The translations under genes were made by a program, and so were the position numbers. The notes under the pieces were generated by a model that was not told where the DNA came from, made no database searches, and saw only the letters and a list, made by a program, of their open reading frames with translations. A stretch of DNA of 64,000 nucleotides, from the NCBI GenBank assembly GCA_017441845.1, contig JAFRVB010000009.1:38841-102840 (forward strand), given 5' to 3'. The stretch is from Bacilli bacterium (lineage in GTDB: Bacteria > Bacillota_I > Bacilli_A > RF39 > UBA660). Below, piece by piece: positions 39,320 through 47,845 of the stretch. The first letter of the stretch is position 1; each line of letters starts with the position of its first letter.

Positions 39320-40121
39320 TATGGAGATATTAATAGTAGGAGCAATACTTTTATTCATATTTTTCTATAATAATACTATAGATAAAGATAAATTTATTGC
39401 GGATAATGAAAAGTATTTAGAAATATTCAAAGAAGAAGATTATGCATTCTTATTATATGCAAAATATGGTGATGAAGTAGATGTAGATCAAGTGTATATG
39501 AAGAGATGTACAAGTAGTTTGGTTATATTCTTGATAGTATTAGTATTATCAATTGGAGGAGCTTCAACTGGTGGGCAAAACATCATTTTAAATGTTGTGT
39601 TTGCCGCAGCTATCGCAGTAGCTTTCTTCAAATATTCATATATGAATTTAAAATCTTACTACAAGAGACATTTGCATGAGATCGATATAATGTTGCCATA
39701 TTACTTAAAGAGTTTAGAGATCTTAATTCAACATTATACAGTTCCGGTTGCTTTAGGAAAATCAATTGAAGATGCTCCTGATATATTTAAACCAGGACTA
39801 AGAAGAATGATAGATAGAATTAACGGTGGAGATGCATCAGTAGATCCATATATGGAATTTGCTAATACATATCCAGTTAGAGATTCAATGAGAATGATGA
39901 GATTACTTTACAGATTAGGTATCGGTGGTCAAGAGAAGAAACAAGACCGTTTGATGATGTTTTCTAGATCAATCTCATCACTTCAAAACAAAGCTAGAGA
40001 AACAAAATACAAAGAAAGATTAGATCATATGGAAAGTCAAACAATGATCATGTTAATTGTTACAGGTGTATCAGTCATGCTGTTAATCTTAGTGACAATG
40101 ATGATGATGTTTAGCTTTTAA
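39309..40121 (+). CDS. TadC-like inner membrane platform protein
   Basis: TM pattern; EIDIMLPYYLKSL helix, C-terminal TM; paired with TadB-like gene. Confidence 0.7.
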   Translation: MLSSMEILIVGAILLFIFFYNNTIDKDKFIADNEKYLEIFKEEDYAFLLYAKYGDEVDVDQVYMKRCTSSLVIFLIVLVLSIGGASTGGQNIILNVVFAAAIAVAFFKYSYMNLKSYYKRHLHEIDIMLPYYLKSLEILIQHYTVPVALGKSIEDAPDIFKPGLRRMIDRINGGDASVDPYMEFANTYPVRDSMRMMRLLYRLGIGGQEKKQDRLMMFSRSISSLQNKARETKYKERLDHMESQTMIMLIVTGVSVMLLILVTMMMMFSF

Positions 40122-40124
40122 TAA

Positions 40125-40154
40125 TTGATTTAGAAAATTAATATTTGATATAAT
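40125..40154 (+). promoter_or_regulatory. Internal promoter for small pilin
   Basis: TTGATT-18 nt-TATAAT with extended TG. Confidence 0.55.
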
Positions 40155-40183
40155 TAAAATAGCAAAAATATGGAGGTGATATA

Positions 40184-40342
40184 GTGAAAGCAGCAACAGG
40201 AGAATTAAACTTAACAGTAATTACATTAATTGCTATCGGATTAGTAATTGCATTCTTTACAGCATTTCTTTATCCTGCAATTAAAAATAGTATTAAAAAT
40301 ACATGGACTAATATAAGCACTTCAACTGCACCAACAGACTAA
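40184..40342 (+). CDS. Flp-like major pilin candidate (52 aa), not in ORF track
   Basis: GGAGGTG RBS, GTG start, MKAATGELNLTVITLIAIGLVIAFFTAFLYPAIKNSIKNTWTNISTSTAPTD; size, hydrophobic helix and position fit an Flp pilin. Confidence 0.75.
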   Translation: MKAATGELNLTVITLIAIGLVIAFFTAFLYPAIKNSIKNTWTNISTSTAPTD

Positions 40343-40358
40343 TATAGGAGGTTTTTAA

Positions 40359-40886
40359 ATGAGTGACGCTATAGGAGGAACTGTAAACGTAATGTTAGTC
40401 GCAATCTTTATGGTTATAGTTTCTGGTTATATGGCTTTCAATGTAAGCTATGTAAAAGCCTTCAAAGTTAAAAATAGAATAATAGATTTAGTAGAACAAT
40501 ATGAGGGGAATTGTAATCCAACTGTTAAAAACAAATGTACTCAAAAAATAGAAGAGTACATGACAGAAATTGGTTATAATACACCAGTCGGAGCAAATAC
40601 TGGTAAATGGTGTTCAGAATCAGCAGGTTTAAGTACTGCTGCAGCAACTGGTTCAGCTGCAACTTCAGCTGGAGGATGTTGCGATCGAAATAGAGGATAC
40701 TGTATTGGAGAAGTACGTGTCCAAAACAAAAAAGTTTCGGGTGGAAAACTAGTAGGAGATACAAAATCATATTATAGAGTTTTAACTCAAGTTAACATTG
40801 ATATACCAATAGTTAATAAGATTATGCCTAATATGAAGGTATTCCAAGTAACCGGTGAAACAAAAGTAATAAAAACAGCTGGATAA
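40359..40886 (+). CDS. TadE/G-like minor pilin
   Basis: MSDAIGG plus hydrophobic helix; Cys-rich globular domain; follows the pilin gene. Confidence 0.55.
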   Translation: MSDAIGGTVNVMLVAIFMVIVSGYMAFNVSYVKAFKVKNRIIDLVEQYEGNCNPTVKNKCTQKIEEYMTEIGYNTPVGANTGKWCSESAGLSTAAATGSAATSAGGCCDRNRGYCIGEVRVQNKKVSGGKLVGDTKSYYRVLTQVNIDIPIVNKIMPNMKVFQVTGETKVIKTAG

Positions 40887-40910
40887 AAATAGAAAAAAGG
40901 GGATGAAAAC

Positions 40911-41924
40911 ATGAATATTTTAATTACTAACAATTTAGAAAAAGAATTGTCATCCCTAGATGTTGATATAATTAAACATATATCAGGAACATATTCAACT
41001 AAGGAAATTGTTGATATGTTTAGAAATTTTTTCTATAACAAGATGATTATTGATGTTACAGCAATAGATGGTAATAATGACATAAGAAATTACCAATCAC
41101 TAGTAGAAGGATTAGATGCAGATAAATTAATTCTCTTCTTACCTGAAGGTAGTGATTATTGTAAGGCTAATTTCCTTTCAAATTTAATATCTATTGGAAT
41201 CTATAATTTTACAACTAACTTAGAGGGTATTAAATATTTATTAAAGAAATCTAATTCTTATAGTGATGTTTCACATATTCAAAAATTAGGAGGAACTAAC
41301 GCCGAATCTACAAATGAAGCAGTAACTGTTTCTCAATCAACTACTATGGAACAAGTAGTTCAAGATACTACTATCGTTTATGGTATAAGAAATGCTACTG
41401 ATCATGCAGGAGCAACTACTTTAACATATATGATGGTAAAAGAATTATCTAAAATATATGGAACAGATAAAGTATTAGGATTAGAGATTGATAAGAGTGA
41501 TTTCAAGTATTTTAAACAAAAAAACTTGTTATCCACAACAGCAAACAATGCTAGACAGGCAATTGGTCAATCAGGCGCAAAATATGTCATTATAGATTTA
41601 AATAAATCTACAGATTCATCTATGTGTAACGTAATAATATATCTAATTGAACCATCAATTGTTAGACTAAATAAAATGATTGATAGAAATAAATTAGTAT
41701 TAGAAAAATTAAAAAATAAGATGGTAATATTAAACAAAAGTTTATTATCAAATAAAGATGTTAATGATTTAGAATATGAATCAGGATTAAAAATATTTTA
41801 TAATATACCACCATTAAACGATCGAAAAAATAATGAAATAATAGTAGACTTTCTAGGTAGAATTAATTTAATTCAAAAACCTAATGATGGTGACAAAAAA
41901 ATATTTGGTCTATTTAGACGCTGA
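40911..41924 (+). CDS. CpaE/TadZ-like protein (degenerate receiver plus MinD/ParA-like domain)
   Basis: N-terminal atypical receiver-like domain; degenerate Walker A ATDHAGATT, EID, IIDL. Confidence 0.55.
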   Translation: MNILITNNLEKELSSLDVDIIKHISGTYSTKEIVDMFRNFFYNKMIIDVTAIDGNNDIRNYQSLVEGLDADKLILFLPEGSDYCKANFLSNLISIGIYNFTTNLEGIKYLLKKSNSYSDVSHIQKLGGTNAESTNEAVTVSQSTTMEQVVQDTTIVYGIRNATDHAGATTLTYMMVKELSKIYGTDKVLGLEIDKSDFKYFKQKNLLSTTANNARQAIGQSGAKYVIIDLNKSTDSSMCNVIIYLIEPSIVRLNKMIDRNKLVLEKLKNKMVILNKSLLSNKDVNDLEYESGLKIFYNIPPLNDRKNNEIIVDFLGRINLIQKPNDGDKKIFGLFRR

Positions 41925-41926
41925 TA

Positions 41927-41955
41927 TTGACAAATTATTAATAAAAAAATATAAT
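41927..41955 (+). promoter_or_regulatory. Perfect-consensus sigmaA promoter for VirB2-like pilin 1
   Basis: TTGACA-17 nt-TATAAT. Confidence 0.8.
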
Positions 41956-41979
41956 TATAGTAGGTAGAGGAGAGATTTT

Positions 41980-42321
41980 ATGAACAAGTATTTTTTAATA
42001 GGAACAAACACTGATTTATCATCAGATTGTATGGGACTTGAACCATTTGTAAAAATAGTAAAGAAAGCATTACTTCCAATGTTCTATATCATAATTCCAA
42101 TTGCTTTAATTTTATATGGAGTTATTGATTTAGGAAAAGCAGTTATTGCTTCAGATGAAAAGGAAATTAAGGAAGCTCAAGGAAAATTAATTAAGAGATT
42201 TATATATGCTGCTTTAGTATTCTTAATTGTCTTCTTAGTTTCATTATTGATGCAAATTGTATCAACATCAAGCGTTGGAGATACAAATGCATGGTTCGCA
42301 TGTTGGAAACATATAAAATAG
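41980..42321 (+). CDS. VirB2/TrbC-like T4SS pilin 1
   Basis: Two hydrophobic helices with a charged loop (DLGKAVIASDEKEIKEAQ...KRFIYAALVF), Cys near each end. Confidence 0.7.
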   Translation: MNKYFLIGTNTDLSSDCMGLEPFVKIVKKALLPMFYIIIPIALILYGVIDLGKAVIASDEKEIKEAQGKLIKRFIYAALVFLIVFLVSLLMQIVSTSSVGDTNAWFACWKHIK

Positions 42322-42345
42322 TAAATTTGTTTACTATTTTTTTTT
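42317..42345 (+). terminator. Terminator after pilin 1
   Basis: AATAGTAAA-tttg-TTTACTATT-TTTTTTT. Confidence 0.7.
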
Positions 42346-42425
42346 GTAAACAAAAGTAAGAATAATTGATATTTTTCCCTTGATTTGATATACTTATTAT
42401 GATAATAATAAGAGATGTGATTCAT

Positions 42426-42887
42426 ATGAAAAAGTCAATTTTTATTTTATTTATATTAATAATTGGTATCTTAGTAATGGTACCTAAAAACACATATGCT
42501 TATACTAATGGATATGTATTGACGACAACTAACAGTCAAGATGTAAATGAATACATTAATAGTGTAAAAAGTGGAAACGTATATAAACAAGATGCTTCAT
42601 CATGTAATTCATTATTGGGTAATCCAAATGAACCTGATTCAGTAGCTTGGTTATTATATAAAATTTTGAACTATATGAGAGTTTTAGGTCCACTAGCAGT
42701 AATTGTACTAAGTGGAATAGAATTTACTAAAGCTATCGTAAATAGTGATGATGATACAATGAAGAAAGCCACGGGTCATCTGAAAACGAGACTTATTATG
42801 GCAGCCTTACTATTCTTAATACCTACAATCACTAAGTTATTGTTCCAAGTATTTGGAATAGCTACTGATTGTGGAATACTTAATTAA
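42426..42887 (+). CDS. VirB2/TrbC-like T4SS pilin 2 (with signal peptide)
   Basis: Signal peptide ...NTYA; paralogous hairpin EFTKAIVNSDDDTMKKA...RLIMAALLFL; Cys pair. Confidence 0.7.
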   Translation: MKKSIFILFILIIGILVMVPKNTYAYTNGYVLTTTNSQDVNEYINSVKSGNVYKQDASSCNSLLGNPNEPDSVAWLLYKILNYMRVLGPLAVIVLSGIEFTKAIVNSDDDTMKKATGHLKTRLIMAALLFLIPTITKLLFQVFGIATDCGILN

Positions 42888-42913
42888 TAGTATGGCCTGA
42901 AAGAAGGGATTAG

Positions 42914-45121
42914 ATGATTTTAGACTTTGAAGTCAACGAAGATCAGCCTGGCGTTGGCAACAATCTAATCAGAATCATATTTAGTAAGCTTGATTTTGTT
43001 GCATTCTCATTGATGAAATTCATGTATGAAATATTCTTCAATGTTGCAACTGCAGAGTTCTTCAGTAATGCAACTATCAGAAGCTTCTATGGAAGAGTCC
43101 AATTAATACTTGGAGTTTTTATGGTGTTTAGATTATCTATCGTAGTACTTCAAACTCTAATAGACCCAGAAAAAATAAATGATAAAAATGAAGGCTTTGG
43201 TGCCATTATTAAGAGAGTAGTTCTAGGTTTATTATTACTAGCTGCTTTAACTCCGATAAATGTACCAAATGCTAGTAATGATTTTGAAATAGAATTAAAC
43301 AATAATGGTTTAATATTCGGAACACTTTATTCCCTACAGAATCGAATATTAGCTAATAATACAATAGGTCGAATAGTCTTAGGTACCACAGACACCAATA
43401 CGGGTACCAATGAATCGGCTAATTCAACGGCCCAGACGGATAATGAAGGAAAGCGGCTAAGTTCAATGGCCAATGTCTTTACTTCAACGATAATGCGTAT
43501 CTTTGTCAGGATAAATCTCCGAGGCGAAGATACATCGAATCCTCGTAAACTGGATGCTAATGGCAATGTCGATATGACGGATAACAGTAACTGGATGTGT
43601 GATATAGAAAATGGTGTATTAGAAACATATACTAGACTAGATGCTGATCCAGCAGACTTAACTTCAAATGCTCTTTTAACCACAACTTGTGGTAATGGAA
43701 AAATAGCATCTGCATTTAATAAGATTTCAGGACATAACTTGTGGTATTCAGGAAAAGCAAGATATGCCTTTAACTATATTCCAATTCTAGGAACTATAGT
43801 GGCGATAATAATGACAGTTATCCTATTAGGATTTACAGTAGATATAGCTGTCCGTGCGATTAAATTATCAGTATTAAGATTGATCGCACCAATCCCAATA
43901 ATTGCTTATATGGGACCACAATCAAAAGATAATAATGCGTTCTCTAACTGGGTTAAAGCAGTTGTTGGAACATATTTAGATTTATTTATACGTTTAGCAG
44001 TTGTATTCTTTGTACTATTCTTAATTCAAGATATTTTAGTAAATGGAATTACAATAAACATTGGTGGAGGAATTGTTGGAGCATTCTCAATGATCTTCAT
44101 CATAATCGGTTTATTTATCTTTGCTAAACAAGCACCACAATTTATTAAAGATGTATTAGGTATTAAATCATTTGGTTCAAATATTGGACTTGCTACTATT
44201 ATGGGTGGACTTGGTTCAATTAGAGGTGGAGGAATCGGTATGGCCTCAGGTGCCTTAAATGCATTCAGAGAGCAAACTGATGCTGCTGCTCAAGGAAAAC
44301 AAGCTCCAGGAATCATGGATACTTGGAGACAATCAACTGATAATATGGCTAAGATTAGAACTGGAGATAAACAAGCTCACGGTGGACCACTTGGAGCATT
44401 ACAAGATAGATTAGCATATCAAAATAGAGAAGCTGCTGCTGATAGACTTGGTATTGGTAGTAGGGACTTTGCTAGAGCTTCATATGTTAATAAAGCTAAT
44501 AAGCTAGATATGGAAAATAAAGAGGCTGAAATGAATGCTGCTAATAAAGATCTTGCAAGATATCAACGTAATGGTGGTATGATGACAAGAGCACAATTAG
44601 CTCAAGAACATGGTCTAACTGATCAACATGAAATTGATAATGCATACAGTGCATACAAACAACAATATGCTCAAGCTGAACAAAGAGCTAGAACAGCTGA
44701 AGCAGAATATAAAGAAGCTGCTAATAAATACTCTGATTCTAAAGACAACGTAGAGAGAATGAGCAAAGAAAGACAAGCTATGGATGTTCTTCCAAGAATT
44801 GTCGATGTTGAAAGACATCATGGTAAAAATTACCAAGGTGTGGCTGGAAGAGTACAAGATGCAATTTACTATAGAGAACCACAAAAAGTTGTTACAGATT
44901 CTAATAAAGTTGCCATTGATTCTAATGGCCAACAAACTCAAAATGTGGAAGATTATCAATACGAAAGAAGCAACGAAGGTTACGATGGTGCTGTTGATGA
45001 TACAACATTCTTAAGTATAGCTTCTGGTCATGGAACTGGACAAGGTGGACCATCTGGAGGAGGCGGAGGCCCTATAGGAGGACCGCCACCAGGAGGAGGA
45101 TCTCCACCACCTACACCGTAG
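42914..45121 (+). CDS. Extended VirB6/TrbL-like T4SS channel subunit
   Basis: N-terminal TMs, extracellular loop, AVRAIKLSVLRLIAPIPI...WVK core TMs, KQAP motif, ~330 aa hydrophilic C-terminal tail. Confidence 0.75.
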   Translation: MILDFEVNEDQPGVGNNLIRIIFSKLDFVAFSLMKFMYEIFFNVATAEFFSNATIRSFYGRVQLILGVFMVFRLSIVVLQTLIDPEKINDKNEGFGAIIKRVVLGLLLLAALTPINVPNASNDFEIELNNNGLIFGTLYSLQNRILANNTIGRIVLGTTDTNTGTNESANSTAQTDNEGKRLSSMANVFTSTIMRIFVRINLRGEDTSNPRKLDANGNVDMTDNSNWMCDIENGVLETYTRLDADPADLTSNALLTTTCGNGKIASAFNKISGHNLWYSGKARYAFNYIPILGTIVAIIMTVILLGFTVDIAVRAIKLSVLRLIAPIPIIAYMGPQSKDNNAFSNWVKAVVGTYLDLFIRLAVVFFVLFLIQDILVNGITINIGGGIVGAFSMIFIIIGLFIFAKQAPQFIKDVLGIKSFGSNIGLATIMGGLGSIRGGGIGMASGALNAFREQTDAAAQGKQAPGIMDTWRQSTDNMAKIRTGDKQAHGGPLGALQDRLAYQNREAAADRLGIGSRDFARASYVNKANKLDMENKEAEMNAANKDLARYQRNGGMMTRAQLAQEHGLTDQHEIDNAYSAYKQQYAQAEQRARTAEAEYKEAANKYSDSKDNVERMSKERQAMDVLPRIVDVERHHGKNYQGVAGRVQDAIYYREPQKVVTDSNKVAIDSNGQQTQNVEDYQYERSNEGYDGAVDDTTFLSIASGHGTGQGGPSGGGGGPIGGPPPGGGSPPPTP

Positions 45122-45154
45122 GATAGAATAATAAAAAAAGGAGTGTGATACTAC

Positions 45155-45481
45155 GTGAATAATTACTTGATACCTGCTAATACAAAACAAGGAAAATTAA
45201 TAATGGGATTATTTAAACCAATAGATTTAATACTATTTGGTACAGGAATATTGATTACTTTAATAATGTTAGCGTTTGCTCAAAACAGTTCATTATTATT
45301 TACAATATTATCCTTACTTCCTGGTTTAATTACTGCTTTCTTAGTAGTACCCATTCCTAATTATCACAATATTTTAACAATAATAATTGAAATGTATGAG
45401 TTCATTACTCATAATCAAACTTATAAATGGAGAGGTTGGTGTGTGACAAATGGCGCAAGTAAAAAAAGAATCAAAAAATAA
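45155..45481 (+). CDS. PrgI/VirB3-like small membrane protein
   Basis: YLIPAN...GLFKPIDL, two TMs, precedes VirB4. Confidence 0.65.
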   Translation: MNNYLIPANTKQGKLIMGLFKPIDLILFGTGILITLIMLAFAQNSSLLFTILSLLPGLITAFLVVPIPNYHNILTIIIEMYEFITHNQTYKWRGWCVTNGASKKRIKK

Positions 45482-46031
45482 TACACAAGTAAAAGCAACA
45501 ACTAACTGGACTGAAGATTGGCTTCCAGTTAAAAGTATTCAAAACAACTGTATTATTACTAAAAGTAATTTGAAAGTGACAGGGGTTAAAATAACTCCAC
45601 GAAATATCTTTATTTTAGATCTAGATTCTCAAAATAGAGTATTGACTGGATTAAAGAATTTTTATAACATGCTTGATTTTGAATTCTGGCTAGTTGTAGC
45701 AGACCGTCCAGTTGATTTAAGCGTGTACATGTCACAATTACAACTTCTATATAACGAAACACAATCTCAAGCAATAAGAAAATTAATTGCTCAAGACTTA
45801 GATAAAGGAACTTCATTTATAAGAAATAATATAGTTGATACAGAATATTACTTCTTGTTTAAAGATAAAGATCAAGATGTAATAGATAAAAAGATCAGAT
45901 TAATGATAAATGGTCTAGCAACTTGTGGACTAAATGCTTCCCAAGTAAATAATGAAGATTTAAGAGTAATCTTAGATAACTTCTTAAATGGTGGAACTAA
46001 AACTGAGTTTGGGACGGTGATGAGTATATGA
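45450..46031 (+). CDS. TrsD-like / VirB4 N-terminal-like accessory protein
   Basis: WLPVKSI, VKITPRNIF, RPVDL, EYYF, L..CGL; stop overlaps the VirB4 start (ATGA). Confidence 0.55.
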   Translation: MAQVKKESKNNTQVKATTNWTEDWLPVKSIQNNCIITKSNLKVTGVKITPRNIFILDLDSQNRVLTGLKNFYNMLDFEFWLVVADRPVDLSVYMSQLQLLYNETQSQAIRKLIAQDLDKGTSFIRNNIVDTEYYFLFKDKDQDVIDKKIRLMINGLATCGLNASQVNNEDLRVILDNFLNGGTKTEFGTVMSI

Positions 46032-47821
46032 GTTTAAATTTTAGAAGTCAAGTAGCCCCAAAAGGTTTAAGTTTTTCACCAAGTGATTTTTACATAAGTG
46101 ATCATTATGCAACTATTTTAACAGTAGTTTCATATCCAAAATATATTTTACCTGGTTATTTATCATCTTTAACTAATATGTCTGGAATTAAGGTTGTTGT
46201 AAAACATATACCAGTTCCATTTACAGATATGGCTAAGATGTTAAATAAACAAGTTGCAGAATTAAGAGAACAATATAAAAATGAACGTGATCAAACTGCC
46301 AGAGAACGTATTAGACAAGATGCTGAATCTTTAGAATATTTCACATCAATGCTAGCTGGTTCTCAAGCTAAAATATTTGATTATCAAATGCATATCATGA
46401 TTACAGCAGGAACAAAAGAAGAATTAGAAATTAAAAAAATTAATGTTAAGAATTATTTAGATGCGATGGAATTAAAAGCAGTATCACTACGTTTTGAACA
46501 AGAAAAGGTATTAAAATCAATTTTACCTGTCTTTCCAAAACAAGATATTGAAGAGAGAATTGGTACACCAATACCAAGTGTAACAATTTCAGCTATGTAT
46601 CCATTCATCTTCGATAGTGTAAAAGATCCAGGATTATCAACACTACTTGGTGTAGATTTCTCTGGAGGAGTTATATTATTTAATCAATTCTTATATAAAA
46701 TTAGAAAAGAAAACAATAGAAATAACGCTAATATGATTATTTTAGGTACATCTGGTTCTGGTAAATCTACAGCAGCTAAATTGATGCTTAGAACTCATAT
46801 TAGAAATGGATGTCAAATAGTAATAATCGATCCAGAAGATGAGTTGAGAGAAATGACTCAAACTTTTGGAGGAGATACAGTAGATATTGGTAAAGGTGGA
46901 GAATTTGGACTTATCAATCCATTAGAAGTGGTAATAGATGCTGATGAAGAAGAAATTAGACAAGGACTTGGTTATACAGTATTGACGAGAACACTTCAAT
47001 TCTTAAGAGCATTTATGACATACTATGATCCATCTATGCAAGATGATGTTCTTACAATGTTTTCTGAAGTAGTACAAGATACATATAAACGTTTCGGAAT
47101 AGATTTTAATACAGATTTCTCTAGATTTACATCAGAGGATTATCCAACATTTAGTGATGTATACGCTACTATAAAGGGACGTTTAATGGCAATGACTGAT
47201 CAAACACATGAAAAAGATATTATGGAAAGATTAGAGTTAAAAGTTAGACCTATCGTAAATGAATTAAAATTCTATTTTGATGGTAAAACTACTCTAAGAA
47301 AAGATTCTGATTTTATGGTATTTAATATTAAAGAATTAATGAATTCTGATTCTAATATTAGAAATGCACTATTCTTTAATGTATTAAAATATGCTTGGAG
47401 TCTATGTTTAGACTTCAATGTAAATACAGTACTAATGGTTGATGAAGCACATGTTTTATTAGGAGATAAGAACGCTTTAGGAGCTGAATTCTTATCACAA
47501 GTACAAAGACGTGCTAGAAAATATAATACTGGTACAATTCTAATTACACAGCAACCATCAGACTTTGTTGCGAATGAACAAATCTTGATGCATGGTAAAG
47601 CTATTTTCGATAATGCTTCATACTATTTAGTAATGGGCTTAAAGAAACAAGCTGTTGAAGATTTAAGTTTATTAATAGATTTAAACGAAAGTGAAAAAGA
47701 GGGTATTAAGAGATATTCTCAAGGAGAAGCACTATTTGTCTGCGGTAATAAACGTATGCAAATAAATGTTGCTGTAACTAAAGAAGAATTAGAATCATTC
47801 GGTTCTGGAGGAGGTTTCTAG
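46028..47821 (+). CDS. virB4: VirB4/TrsE-like T4SS ATPase
   Basis: Walker A GTSGSGKS, IDPEDE, INPLE, Walker B MVDEAH, RRARKY, ITQQPSDF. Confidence 0.9.
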   Translation: MSLNFRSQVAPKGLSFSPSDFYISDHYATILTVVSYPKYILPGYLSSLTNMSGIKVVVKHIPVPFTDMAKMLNKQVAELREQYKNERDQTARERIRQDAESLEYFTSMLAGSQAKIFDYQMHIMITAGTKEELEIKKINVKNYLDAMELKAVSLRFEQEKVLKSILPVFPKQDIEERIGTPIPSVTISAMYPFIFDSVKDPGLSTLLGVDFSGGVILFNQFLYKIRKENNRNNANMIILGTSGSGKSTAAKLMLRTHIRNGCQIVIIDPEDELREMTQTFGGDTVDIGKGGEFGLINPLEVVIDADEEEIRQGLGYTVLTRTLQFLRAFMTYYDPSMQDDVLTMFSEVVQDTYKRFGIDFNTDFSRFTSEDYPTFSDVYATIKGRLMAMTDQTHEKDIMERLELKVRPIVNELKFYFDGKTTLRKDSDFMVFNIKELMNSDSNIRNALFFNVLKYAWSLCLDFNVNTVLMVDEAHVLLGDKNALGAEFLSQVQRRARKYNTGTILITQQPSDFVANEQILMHGKAIFDNASYYLVMGLKKQAVEDLSLLIDLNESEKEGIKRYSQGEALFVCGNKRMQINVAVTKEELESFGSGGGF

Positions 47822-47845
47822 ACCATATAAAAAGAAGGTGAGGAA

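Noticed and set aside
45040-45121. GC-rich GGA/CCA run as a DNA repeat or G-quadruplex element
   Set aside because: Fully explained by Gly/Pro codons at the VirB6 C-terminus
45450-47821. Frameshifted/pseudogenised VirB4 (193 aa + 597 aa)
   Set aside because: Clean ATGA stop/start coupling with a GGTG RBS; a separate TrsD-like gene before the ATPase is a known arrangement in Gram-positive systems
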